The notes beneath the pieces were generated by a model, which was given only the letters and a program-made list of their open reading frames with translations, ran no database searches and was not told where the DNA came from. Below, one piece after another: positions 10,330-20,010 of a DNA stretch of 64,000 nucleotides; positions within the stretch are counted from its first letter, which is position 1; every line of letters begins with the position of its first letter. Source of the DNA: a virus; the IMG/VR virus record IMGVR_UViG_3300035698_022762, positions 16,389 to 80,388 of that record. One strand, 5' to 3'. Both the position numbers and the translations under genes were made by a program.

Positions 10330-10935
10330 ATGCCAATCCCCTTAACACAATATATTAAAATAAAAGACAAGTATTGCATCACATACAGTGGAAGTTGTAA
10401 CGAATACGTGCTTCTTTTAAAGTATTTACGTCCTTCAATGAATAAAGAATTTGAAACCGTAGACATTTGGCTGCATTGCCAAGAAGATTCATATGAATAT
10501 CTGAAAGATGAAAAACAGACGACAAAACATTTAAACGAAAAAGAATTTGCATTTGTCAGAAAAATAAAAGGCAATTTGAAAGAACACCCTGTACAAAAAC
10601 TAATAAAGGAATCTTCCATAAAGATACTGCCATTAAAAAACACTCCTGATGAAAACAATAAAACTTTTTACATTTCCAAACACGGAATATTGCCCACTAG
10701 ATCGTTAAATGAAACTGAAATTAAAAAAATAAAACAGTTCGCTAGCGATAATGGATATAAAGAAATACAAAATTATAAAAATGCAGGATGGATTATAGGT
10801 GTAGAAAATGAAGAAATAATAAAAGGTTACATTAACAATAGCAAAATCTCATTAATTCCAACAGGGGTAGGTACTGATTTATACAAAGAATTGTTTTACA
10901 ATTTAGAAATTTTTCCAATTGCAAAAAACATTTAA
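10330..10935 (+). CDS. Hypothetical protein, possibly a degenerate GT-B (GT9-like) fold
   Basis: Weak resemblance (IQNYKNAGWIIGVEN) to the GT9 C-terminal domain of the gene at 11709. Confidence 0.4.
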   Translation: MPIPLTQYIKIKDKYCITYSGSCNEYVLLLKYLRPSMNKEFETVDIWLHCQEDSYEYLKDEKQTTKHLNEKEFAFVRKIKGNLKEHPVQKLIKESSIKILPLKNTPDENNKTFYISKHGILPTRSLNETEIKKIKQFASDNGYKEIQNYKNAGWIIGVENEEIIKGYINNSKISLIPTGVGTDLYKELFYNLEIFPIAKNI

Positions 10936-10996
10936 ATATATACACGTATATAAAATTGAAGGCAAGACACAAAAACACCTTTAATTAGGAGATATA

Positions 10997-11632
10997 ATGA
11001 GCGTATTTAAAGTAAAATTGAACAACAACAGCCAAGGGCAACTGGATCGTAATCCATCCACTGCCAGCGCAGGCAATCTAGGCGATCAATTTGGCACAAG
11101 TAAACAACGTACTGTTTACATTCTAGGCCCAAATAGAGTAAATCGTCTTTTGAGCGATGGTGAAACCTTTACCGATTGTAACTATTGGAAAAGATACGCA
11201 CCCATTTCAGAAGGTGGTCAATCCACTGATGAAAATGCGATTTTGACTATTGTTAGCGACGATGGAAGTGTTTATTCTGATAACGTGGCCGAAAACACTT
11301 ATCCAGTTGTTTGGCTCCCAAGCACTGATGGTATTGTCACGGCTGGCGAAACCTATAGTGATACTGGTATGTCGCTAGACATTGTGACCACTTATGGTGG
11401 ACATGCTGTTTTCTGCGAAATACAGAACTTGGACACCACTAGTGGTGCAGACATTAGCGTAAGACTCAACGGTTCTACAGACGCTACTTTCACCGTTGTG
11501 GCTAACTCTACTCAAGTATTCAACGCAGGCGACTTGACGATTTCTTCAATCGCTATAAGTAACCCAAACTCTGGTGTTACTGTTGATAAGGTTCAAGTTA
11601 TTCTTTCGGTAAAATCTATCTGCAATAGCTAA
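10997..11632 (+). CDS. Putative abundant virion structural protein
   Basis: 211 aa, S/T/G/N-rich; AGGAG RBS, upstream CGTATATAAAAT motif and its own terminator. Confidence 0.55.
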   Translation: MSVFKVKLNNNSQGQLDRNPSTASAGNLGDQFGTSKQRTVYILGPNRVNRLLSDGETFTDCNYWKRYAPISEGGQSTDENAILTIVSDDGSVYSDNVAENTYPVVWLPSTDGIVTAGETYSDTGMSLDIVTTYGGHAVFCEIQNLDTTSGADISVRLNGSTDATFTVVANSTQVFNAGDLTISSIAISNPNSGVTVDKVQVILSVKSICNS

Positions 11633-11660
11633 TAGTTTTATCAAAGTTCAATGATGATTT

Positions 11661-11694
11661 AAAAGCAAGCCTCAATTGAGGCTTGCTTTTTTTT
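11661..11694 (+). terminator. Rho-independent terminator
   Basis: AAAAGCAAGCCTC-AATT-GAGGCTTGCTTTT followed by a T run. Confidence 0.85.
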
Positions 11695-11708
11695 AACTAT
11701 AATAAATC

Positions 11709-12680
11709 ATGCTAAACAAATTTGTAAAATTAGGTCTAGAAAAACCTGTATTCTCTTTAAAAGATTTTGAAAAGAACAAAAATAAAATACTAATTGTTCG
11801 CAATGCAGGTGGTGTTGGCGATATTTTAATGCACATGATGATGTTTAAAGATTTTAAAAGAATAATGCCAGAAGCTAAAATAGTTTTTGCGTGTCCAAGT
11901 AGGTATCATGAACTGGTTCGTGGGCATCCATATGTAGACGAATTAATAGAATCTAGAAAAATAGAATTTAAAGATTACATTAATCATTACGATACGACAT
12001 CTGCTTGTACAAGACATGAAATAAAAGTTTCACCATTAGCAGACAAAAACAGAAGTGATATTTGGGCCAATCATTGTGGTGTAGAAATAACAGATCACAA
12101 CATGCATATTAACATTTCTGATGAAATGAAAAATTTTGGTGTGGAACAAATAAAAAAAATAAACAAAGAAAACAAACCTTCTGTTGTCATATGTCCGATT
12201 TCAGCCATGAAGTGCAAGAATTTATTGAAACATCATATGGAAGGATTGGTAGACTTTTTAAACAAAAATGATCTTTTTGCCTTTTATACGCATCTAAGAC
12301 CTATAAATGAATTAGATGATTTAAAAGTGCCGGGGATTTTTGGAGTACGATTGAAACAATGGGCAGGGGTCATTAATGCTGCTGATTATGTGATTGCTGT
12401 AGATACAGGTGCGTTTCATCTAGCAGGGGGATTGGGAAAACCTTTAACTGGAATATTTTCATTTGCGGATGGGAAAGTATATGGGAAATATTATGATTTT
12501 GAATTAGTACAAAAGCATAGAGATAATGGGGATTGGGATTGCGGACCTTGTTACAATTGGGAAAATTGCCCAAAATCTAATTCTAATCCAAAACCTTGTA
12601 TAACCGAACTCACAATAGAAATGATTACAGATGGAGTTTCTAAAATGTTAAAAAAACATGGCAAGCAAGTTTTAAAATAG
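11709..12680 (+). CDS. Glycosyltransferase family 9 (heptosyltransferase-like)
   Basis: ILIVRNAGGVGDILM, VIAVDTGAFHLAGGLGKP and a C-terminal CGPC..C..C cluster. Confidence 0.85.
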   Translation: MLNKFVKLGLEKPVFSLKDFEKNKNKILIVRNAGGVGDILMHMMMFKDFKRIMPEAKIVFACPSRYHELVRGHPYVDELIESRKIEFKDYINHYDTTSACTRHEIKVSPLADKNRSDIWANHCGVEITDHNMHINISDEMKNFGVEQIKKINKENKPSVVICPISAMKCKNLLKHHMEGLVDFLNKNDLFAFYTHLRPINELDDLKVPGIFGVRLKQWAGVINAADYVIAVDTGAFHLAGGLGKPLTGIFSFADGKVYGKYYDFELVQKHRDNGDWDCGPCYNWENCPKSNSNPKPCITELTIEMITDGVSKMLKKHGKQVLK

Positions 12681-12712
12681 AATTTGCTTACTAGTTTAGC
12701 ATAGATAATTAA

Positions 12713-12958
12713 ATGGTAGCTTTTAAAAAAAATGCAGGCGTTGTTACAAAAAATGGTGAATGTAATATTACCATTCAATTAGATTTAAATATAAATCTAA
12801 CTAGCGATGGTATAAACATAGCAGTAAGCGGACAAGAAGCGAAAAACAAAAACCAGCAGCAAATTCAAATTGAAAAAGAAGATGATGATGAAACTGGTTT
12901 TGTTGTTCCCGATTTTAAAGCTTCTAAAGATAAAATAAAGTTTGGAAAGGATGAATAG
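12713..12958 (+). CDS. Hypothetical protein immediately upstream of the actin gene
   Basis: 81-aa ORF with CATAGATA motif upstream; 1 nt from the actin ATG. Confidence 0.55.
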   Translation: MVAFKKNAGVVTKNGECNITIQLDLNINLTSDGINIAVSGQEAKNKNQQQIQIEKEDDDETGFVVPDFKASKDKIKFGKDE

Positions 12959-12959
12959 A

Positions 12960-13976
12960 ATGAGTGTAGGATTTGATGCAGGTACTTATAATTTAATTTG
13001 TTGTAAACGCAATAGCGAAAATAAATTTATTTATAAAAGAGAAGTTAATGCTTTTATAGAGCTTCCTCTTAAAAATAGATTCGTTTTCAACATGATGAAA
13101 CAAGCAGGGGTTCCTTTAATAGAAAGGCCAGATTCAGATGTTGCTTATGCTCTTGGCGAAGCAGCAGTCAATATGGCGTATACGATGAACCAATTAGATT
13201 TAAAACGACCTATGCAACATGGGTGTTTGAATCCAAAAGAAAAAAATGCACAACAAATAATGTCAATCATGATGCATAATTTGATTGGTGATGATGTTGA
13301 TCCCAAAGAACCTTTTTATTATAGCATTCCAGCAAATGCCATTAATGAAGAAACCGACGCTGACTATCACTCTCATGTACTTTCAGCCATTTTTAAGGCG
13401 TATGAAAACAAAGATGGCATGGGCATCACTCCCAATCCTATTAATGAAGCATTAGCGTTGATTTATGCGGAATTGGCTAAAACAGCTTACACAGGCATCG
13501 GCGTGTCTTGTGGATCAGGAATGGTGAATCTTTGTTTTGCTATTTTTGGCGCACCCGTATTTGAATTCAGTATGGTTAATAGCGGGGATTGGATTGACAA
13601 ACAAGCAGCTAAAGTTACTGGAGAGACACCAGCTTTTATAAATCAAGAAAAATTAAAACTTAATTTATTAGAAGATACAGATTCATTGGTAATGAATGCA
13701 ATAAAAGCCCAATACCAAATAATGATACAAAAGACAGTAATGAATATCAAAAAAGGATTAGAAAATTCAAATAATGATGCTAGAGCGGCAGACAAGCCTA
13801 TTGACATAGTGGTTGCAGGTGGCACAAGCCAACCAATAGGGTTTGATAAAATATTTAAAGAGTCAATAGAAAAGGCGAATCTGCCAATCAAGCTAGGCGA
13901 GGTTAGAAGGGCAGATGATCCATTGTATTCCGTTGCTAGAGGATGCCTTATAGCCGCCGAAAACTCACAGGGGTAA
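12960..13976 (+). CDS. Actin-superfamily ATPase, volactin-like
   Basis: Phosphate-1 GFDAGT, connect-1 INEALA, phosphate-2 GVSCGSG, GDWID, adenosine VVAGGTS and connect-2 PLYSVARG motifs. Confidence 0.85.
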   Translation: MSVGFDAGTYNLICCKRNSENKFIYKREVNAFIELPLKNRFVFNMMKQAGVPLIERPDSDVAYALGEAAVNMAYTMNQLDLKRPMQHGCLNPKEKNAQQIMSIMMHNLIGDDVDPKEPFYYSIPANAINEETDADYHSHVLSAIFKAYENKDGMGITPNPINEALALIYAELAKTAYTGIGVSCGSGMVNLCFAIFGAPVFEFSMVNSGDWIDKQAAKVTGETPAFINQEKLKLNLLEDTDSLVMNAIKAQYQIMIQKTVMNIKKGLENSNNDARAADKPIDIVVAGGTSQPIGFDKIFKESIEKANLPIKLGEVRRADDPLYSVARGCLIAAENSQG

Positions 13977-14009
13977 ACAACATAAAAAAATAAATAATAC
14001 AAAATTAAT

Positions 14010-14399
14010 ATGGGAGACAAAATAAAAAAAGAAATAGTATAAGATGAATATGGGAAACAAGTTGGAACAATAGATGTAAGAGAAGTTAATAAAAAATGGA
14101 GAAACAATGATTCTTATGTCGAAAACAGAATAAAGGCAGGTGAAACAATTCCTGAATATATTAAAAAATATATAATAGGAAATGAAAAACCTGAATACAA
14201 AGCATTTGTTGTTACAGAAGGAACAAATATTATCTGGAGTTTTTTATCAAAAACAAAAAGAAAAGATTATCTTATGGAAAAAGAATTAATAGAACTATTC
14301 GATGCATCTAAAGCCAAAAACAATTTTTCTAATGAGGAAAATTTCAATTACATAATGTCTGGATTCTTGGAACATATTAAAAATCAAAGCAAAAAATGA
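14010..14399 (+). pseudogene. 129-codon gene with one in-frame TAA at codon 11
   Basis: MGDKIKKEIV*DEYGKQVGTIDVREVNKKWRN...KNQSKK*; the frame is otherwise open and the gene is missing from the ORF track. Confidence 0.6.
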
Positions 14400-14452
14400 C
14401 TTATAATCTTAGTCAATTGCATACAAACACAGAAAAGAAAGAAAGAAAGAAA

Positions 14453-14692
14453 ATGGATAAAACGATAATAAAAAAAGTTAATGATTTAGGTGCAAGCGCA
14501 TACATTTTAATGCATGGTTATAAAGTATCTGGAAAGGATGCCGATGGAAGAACAATTTTATTTGAAATACCCGTTGCTGAGGAAAGAGAATTTGAACAAT
14601 TAACAATGGACTACTTAACCAGTGAATATCACAGATTCGATTCTTGTTTAATGTCATTAAAAAAACTAGGCAATTATAATAGTTCAAGATAA
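14453..14692 (+). CDS. Small phage protein (DUF5659-like)
   Basis: NDLGASAYILMHGY...ILFEIP pattern; likely start MDKTIIKK. Confidence 0.45.
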   Translation: MDKTIIKKVNDLGASAYILMHGYKVSGKDADGRTILFEIPVAEEREFEQLTMDYLTSEYHRFDSCLMSLKKLGNYNSSR

Positions 14693-14721
14693 TTATTATG
14701 GCATTTCATATATAAAATATA

Positions 14722-16299
14722 ATGAAAACTAATTTAAATAAAAAAGATACGTCTATAATGGAATATTCAGATAAGGAATTGTTAAATAATTTCTACGTGG
14801 ATGTTGACAAATTGGTCAATGGCCTTCAAGATGATCTTGCTAATATTTTTAGCAAAAGTGTAGATTATTTAAAAAATACTACAGCAAATGCTGGCAACAA
14901 TCCAACAGGAGGCAGCAATAAAAACACACCTTCTAACAACAACAAATCACTTCCTTGGATCAAACATGGATTGAGAGGATTTGTTAGGAAACTGTGGTAT
15001 GGAGATCACCCTAGTAATCCAGATTGGGAAAACGTTAAAGAAAACTTTTCTTTAAAAGAATATAAAATAATAAAAGATCAATCTTTAGAACTTGGCGAAA
15101 AAATAATAGAAGTTTGTTTAAAAGATTTGGTTATACAAGAATCTGAATATAAAGCTGAATTTAAAAATTTATTAGCAGATGTGACAAATAAGTTTAAATA
15201 TGATTTGAGGTCTTTGATATTTAAACATTTGAAAAATAAAAGAAATAGTGTTTCAAAAATGGATATGGAAACATTGGCAAACTACAGATCAAATATTCCT
15301 ACTTCTAATGCTTCTAGTGCTTCTTCTTCTAAAATAGATTTGCCACCCCAATCAAGCACAAGCACAAGTTCGGGTACGCCAAAATCAAGAAAGCCATTTG
15401 AAGGACCAGATGATGGCGGGTATTCTGAACCTGATATCGAAGATAGACCAATATCAGATGTGCCGAAAACAGCATCTTCTAAGCCAAAAGCTCGCCGTAA
15501 GGCCACGTCGATACCACCTTTTGAAACAGCACCAGATGTTGCAGCTTCATCTAAACCAGATGTTGAACCAAAAACTAATCGTAAAAAGGCAACGTCGTCA
15601 TCCAAAACAACATCGACGCCTCCTTTTGAGACAACACCAGACGCAGATGCAAATGTAAATACTACTGCTGAACCTGACAAGGCTCAAGCGTCTGATGGGA
15701 AAGTAGAGCCAACAAAGAGTGCCGAAAAAGCACCTACAGTTTCTAACAACAAATCAAAAGCTCAAGAAGATTCTAGCAAACCTTCTGATAGAGTGCTAGA
15801 TGAAGATAAAGCAGAAGAATTAGGCGTTAAATTGACAATTGTAGACGATGCAAAAGAAAAAAGAAATACTCTTAAAGAATATGGGCTATCTTTAAAATCA
15901 GGTCGACTTATAGGCATGGATTCTATATTGGACGCAATAATAGTTTTAAAGAAAATAATGGATGGCGTTGGTCCTTGGGACATTGATAAAAATATTAGTG
16001 AAATAAGTTCTGATTTCAAAGAACACTTAGGGGCTGATCTTACAAAAGCTGCGAAGGATTTTATTATACAAGCCAAATCTGATCCTGATATATTAGAAAA
16101 ACATCTTCCGGGCATTGATGTTAGAAAATCCGATCCTTTACCAGATATGAGTGACGTAGATGATGATTTTAGTGATTTTGATGAGGTTAAAAGAAGACTT
16201 TCAGGGGATGATCATAGACGTTACGCATATATACTAGAATCTAGAAGAATAAAAGACAAAAAAGCTAAAGTAGAATTTTTGAAAAACAAAATGAAATAA
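14722..16299 (+). CDS. Hypothetical late protein with a long disordered S/T/P/K linker
   Basis: 525 aa; repeated PPFET(A/T)PD units; CATATATAAAAT 3 nt before the ATG. Confidence 0.65.
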   Translation: MKTNLNKKDTSIMEYSDKELLNNFYVDVDKLVNGLQDDLANIFSKSVDYLKNTTANAGNNPTGGSNKNTPSNNNKSLPWIKHGLRGFVRKLWYGDHPSNPDWENVKENFSLKEYKIIKDQSLELGEKIIEVCLKDLVIQESEYKAEFKNLLADVTNKFKYDLRSLIFKHLKNKRNSVSKMDMETLANYRSNIPTSNASSASSSKIDLPPQSSTSTSSGTPKSRKPFEGPDDGGYSEPDIEDRPISDVPKTASSKPKARRKATSIPPFETAPDVAASSKPDVEPKTNRKKATSSSKTTSTPPFETTPDADANVNTTAEPDKAQASDGKVEPTKSAEKAPTVSNNKSKAQEDSSKPSDRVLDEDKAEELGVKLTIVDDAKEKRNTLKEYGLSLKSGRLIGMDSILDAIIVLKKIMDGVGPWDIDKNISEISSDFKEHLGADLTKAAKDFIIQAKSDPDILEKHLPGIDVRKSDPLPDMSDVDDDFSDFDEVKRRLSGDDHRRYAYILESRRIKDKKAKVEFLKNKMK

Positions 16300-16341
16300 T
16301 ATTATTAAAAAAGCCGCATTATGCGGCTTTTTTAATAATAT
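16299..16341. terminator. Bidirectional rho-independent terminator
   Basis: 21-bp perfect arms ATATTATTAAAAAAGCCGCAT-T-ATGCGGCTTTTTTAATAATAT between convergent genes. Confidence 0.9.
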
Positions 16342-16354
16342 AGCAAAATAATTT

Positions 16355-19300
16355 TCATCTAAGCTTAAATTTGTTTTTCAACATATCAAGCTCTACTTCA
16401 AAAGATTCATTATTATTAAACTTCTTTAATTCTAACTCTGTGTCTTTAACACCTGCTTTAAATCTTTCTTGTTCATCAGGAGTCAATCCACCTTGCATAT
16501 AAACTGGTGCTGATTGTGCAGCAGCTTTTTCTGCTTGTCCAAAATACACACTTCCTGTAAAGTATAAAGAAATGACATCTACCATCTTTTTAGGTATGTC
16601 CATTTGATGAGTAGCAAATTTTTTGCCACCTTGTGCTTGCATGCCCATTTTGTCTATTTGAGCTTTAATTTGTGGAGTCATGGCTGGTGGTGAGTCCATT
16701 TTCATATAATTATCAACAAATTGCTCTAAATCCCCTATTGATGGATTGACAGATTTAGCAATTTCATAGATTTTTTCTAATGCAAACTGCTCAAATAATT
16801 CTAAAACGTGATTGTCTTTCCATTTTTCTATTCCGTTTTCAAACGAACTTTTCACTCGATTAACAAAATCTCTCCTTATAGATAAAGAATCCGTCTGTTT
16901 TGGGGCGACTTCTTTATCAGGAGATTGTTGCGGAGTATTGTTTCCAGATTCTTGTCTTCCTTTAAATGTTTTATACATTTCTTCTTTAGCAAATTCATTA
17001 GCTTCTTTTTCATTAAAAGCCTCTCCTTTTTGCTTTTTGGCAAGTTCAAATCTTTTAACAAAATAGTGATGCATTAATGCAGCACCAGCAATATTTGCTA
17101 TCATATCTTTTTCAGACACGTTTCCCGGTGCCGAACTTTTTATATTGTTAATAGCTGCAAACAAGTTAGCAAATGAGTGTCCTGCAAAATCGGCAGATAA
17201 AGCATCAGATGCAGGAATATTCTTTCGATAAAGCATTTTCGTTTCCGAATCTAACAATCCTTTTTTATGATCGTCAAAAGCAGAACGGTCTATTTGCTTC
17301 TTTTCTTTCTGCATAACCTGCAAAGCTGTTTCCATGCCTTCGCTGCTTGATGCACTTACGTTTTTGCTTTTTAATCTTCTAGTTCCTGTGCCGTCAATAT
17401 CAAGTTGAGTAATTAACGTTAAGTAGGTCATTACTTTTGAACGAAGATGCAACCACAAATATGTGCCTGATTTATGCTTTTCAGTTGCAGAAGAACCATT
17501 TCTCATTTTTTCCAAAAATTCTTGAAATGCAGGATTGGCTGTTATTCTTCTTACATATGCAATTACATTATACATTATTTGAGGCTTGTTTATTTCTAAA
17601 GCCGCTTTCAGACTACGGTCTTTTACTTTGCCTATTTGACTATTTACAGCCTGTGCAATAGCTGAAATTTTTACTTCTTGTTCAGGATTATCATGCTCAC
17701 CTAAATTTTTATAACCTTTAGAAGTTCTCCCTAATTCATTATAGTACTTTCTAGCTAAATCAGGTACGTTTTCAGGTTCTGCTTCAATGGCAGTCTTTAA
17801 CCCTTTTTCTGCATTAGGCAAATCTTCTAAGTCATGCGCCGTTAGATTTTCCACGCCCCCATTTTCAACAAACCAATCTACGCAATCTTCATTAGAAGTC
17901 ACTTTCTCTTTTAATTTTCTTAAATATTCATTAGTATCTTTTTTAATTTCTTCTACATCATCCGATTTTAAATAAGACTTAGCAGAGCCTTCTACTGGAC
18001 CACCGAAAAAAGGTTCCAATTCTTCCCAATCTTTTGGATCAGAATGGTACATCATTTTTTGGTTTTTTCCTACGTTGAAACCACCAACTGTTCTATATCC
18101 AGACCATATATTGCCAAAGCTATATTTTTCTTTACCTATATAAAGAGGGTTCTCCATGCCAACTTTTAGAGGATCATGTGAATTTCTAACGCCACTAAAA
18201 GCTGCATGTGCATAATCATATGCGTCGAGCCTTTTAGCGTTTTTAATTACATGTTTTCTTAGAGGCATCAACCTACTATCAATATAATCATTTAAATACT
18301 TTTTGACTTCTTCTTTGTCTTTAATATTTATTTTTTTTGACTTCAACCAAAGCTTAAGCTTTTTATAAGACTTTGCTTCTTGATATTGCTGCATTGTGAG
18401 CTTAGTGGTTTTACCCGTATTTAATTGTTGCTGTATCAGATTTACAGAACTATTATAATCGGTTCTAATGAATTCATCCAAAGATTCGTCATCGCTAATT
18501 AATTTACGAATAAAGTCTATTCTGTTTTGCACATCTTCAAATCTATTAAAAGTTTTAGAATGCACTTGTTTACCGGGCAATAACGCAGGCAAATCTTTTA
18601 CATCACTTTCAACGTAATCATTGCCTTTTTTGGTTTTTCTTTCGTACCCCCAAAAAACACCACCATCAGGATGTTTTTCTGATGCCTTTTGAACATTAAA
18701 CACGGAGCTTTCTGGCACTCCTGCTTTTAACATTTGATTGCGAATGCTTTCTAGTTTATGAGAATTAAAATAAGCTGTTTCTCCTTGCTTCCCCGTAGAA
18801 TCCATTCTAATATTGTCTTGTCCAAATTTTGTTTCAGGGTCTAATAAGAGTGTGTTTCTTTTCCACCCATTAATTGCCTTGCTCATGGATTGGTAATTAG
18901 AACCACGCCATCCTTTAGCAACAGCTACGCCACCAATACCTCCACGCATTTTTGCATCGCTTAAATCGGCACCTATCAATCCACCTTTGTCTATACCTTG
19001 CTTTTTATATTCGGCGGCTTTTCTCGCATATTCTTTTTTCTGATCTGGTGTGAGTTTTTCACCCCTTAAAGGTTCTATATCAATAGCTCTTTCAAATTTG
19101 TCAAGCAAATGATTAACGAAGGTATTAACATTGTATATGTTTGTTGCCCCTCTTTTACCAGCTAAAGGTATTTTCTGAATATCATTGAACTCTCTACCTT
19201 TTTCTTGTGCTTGTTTAGCCCTAACAAGTAAATTAGTATAACGATAGTTCATGGCAGCAGCCCATTGCGGCGGCGGAAACTGATATAGATAAAATATATC

Positions 19301-19486
19301 GTATTTGTCGAAGTGAGGGGGTAAATTAGTAGAAACATGATGAACTATTTCTTCATCACCTTGTTTTATTTTTAAAGGGGGAATCGGCATTTCCATTAAC
19401 TGGATTAAGGCTGATTCCATTTGTTCATCAAACTTATCTGAACGTTTTGTATTTAACACATAATTAAAAAAAGAAGTATCTTTCAT
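16355..19486 (-). CDS. Large hypothetical protein, putative internal virion protein
   Basis: 1043 aa, charged and helical; MKDTSFFNYVLN start; TATAAATA-containing motif upstream (19502-19513). Confidence 0.65.
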   Translation of the reverse strand: MKDTSFFNYVLNTKRSDKFDEQMESALIQLMEMPIPPLKIKQGDEEIVHHVSTNLPPHFDKYDIFYLYQFPPPQWAAAMNYRYTNLLVRAKQAQEKGREFNDIQKIPLAGKRGATNIYNVNTFVNHLLDKFERAIDIEPLRGEKLTPDQKKEYARKAAEYKKQGIDKGGLIGADLSDAKMRGGIGGVAVAKGWRGSNYQSMSKAINGWKRNTLLLDPETKFGQDNIRMDSTGKQGETAYFNSHKLESIRNQMLKAGVPESSVFNVQKASEKHPDGGVFWGYERKTKKGNDYVESDVKDLPALLPGKQVHSKTFNRFEDVQNRIDFIRKLISDDESLDEFIRTDYNSSVNLIQQQLNTGKTTKLTMQQYQEAKSYKKLKLWLKSKKINIKDKEEVKKYLNDYIDSRLMPLRKHVIKNAKRLDAYDYAHAAFSGVRNSHDPLKVGMENPLYIGKEKYSFGNIWSGYRTVGGFNVGKNQKMMYHSDPKDWEELEPFFGGPVEGSAKSYLKSDDVEEIKKDTNEYLRKLKEKVTSNEDCVDWFVENGGVENLTAHDLEDLPNAEKGLKTAIEAEPENVPDLARKYYNELGRTSKGYKNLGEHDNPEQEVKISAIAQAVNSQIGKVKDRSLKAALEINKPQIMYNVIAYVRRITANPAFQEFLEKMRNGSSATEKHKSGTYLWLHLRSKVMTYLTLITQLDIDGTGTRRLKSKNVSASSSEGMETALQVMQKEKKQIDRSAFDDHKKGLLDSETKMLYRKNIPASDALSADFAGHSFANLFAAINNIKSSAPGNVSEKDMIANIAGAALMHHYFVKRFELAKKQKGEAFNEKEANEFAKEEMYKTFKGRQESGNNTPQQSPDKEVAPKQTDSLSIRRDFVNRVKSSFENGIEKWKDNHVLELFEQFALEKIYEIAKSVNPSIGDLEQFVDNYMKMDSPPAMTPQIKAQIDKMGMQAQGGKKFATHQMDIPKKMVDVISLYFTGSVYFGQAEKAAAQSAPVYMQGGLTPDEQERFKAGVKDTELELKKFNNNESFEVELDMLKNKFKLR

Positions 19487-19599
19487 ATATTCACCAAAAT
19501 CTATTTATATATCTTATCTATGATGTTGGCACTAATAATATATTTATTTTTACGTGGTGAAAGGACCAGCTAAGTCTAGGGAGCGGTTATAAAAAAAGA

Positions 19600-20010
19600 C
19601 TATTTTGATTCATATTTCAATTGTTCAGCTATTGTATTCAATTTTTTAATGTCGACAAAATTAGAATTGCTTGGGGAGCTGTTGATTTCCAATTCTTTTT
19701 CTTTCATCTTTTTAGCAGCATTTTCTTTAATGGATTTCAATTCATCAATAACTTTCTTTCCTTCTTCTGATTCTGCATCTACCATTTGTTCTTCTGCTAT
19801 ACCAACGATATGTTCTAAATTAAATGCAGTCATTTGCTCATTGCCCAATTGCTTTAAATAAAGCCACTTTGAGTCTATTTCTGTCACGAAACCTAAATAA
19901 TAATTGCTTATTTGTTTCAAATAAGTTTCAGGATTTTCCTCTTTAAAGTTCCTGTTTGTAGTAATTGTTATTATTGAGCATGGCTTGCCTTTAAAATATT
20001 CTATATTCAT
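19600..20010 (-). CDS. Sm/LSm-like fold protein
   Basis: FKGKPCSIIT...YYLGFVTEIDSKWLYL...FNLEHIVGI resembles the Sm1/Sm2 strands. Confidence 0.4.
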   Translation of the reverse strand: MNIEYFKGKPCSIITITTNRNFKEENPETYLKQISNYYLGFVTEIDSKWLYLKQLGNEQMTAFNLEHIVGIAEEQMVDAESEEGKKVIDELKSIKENAAKKMKEKELEINSSPSNSNFVDIKKLNTIAEQLKYESK

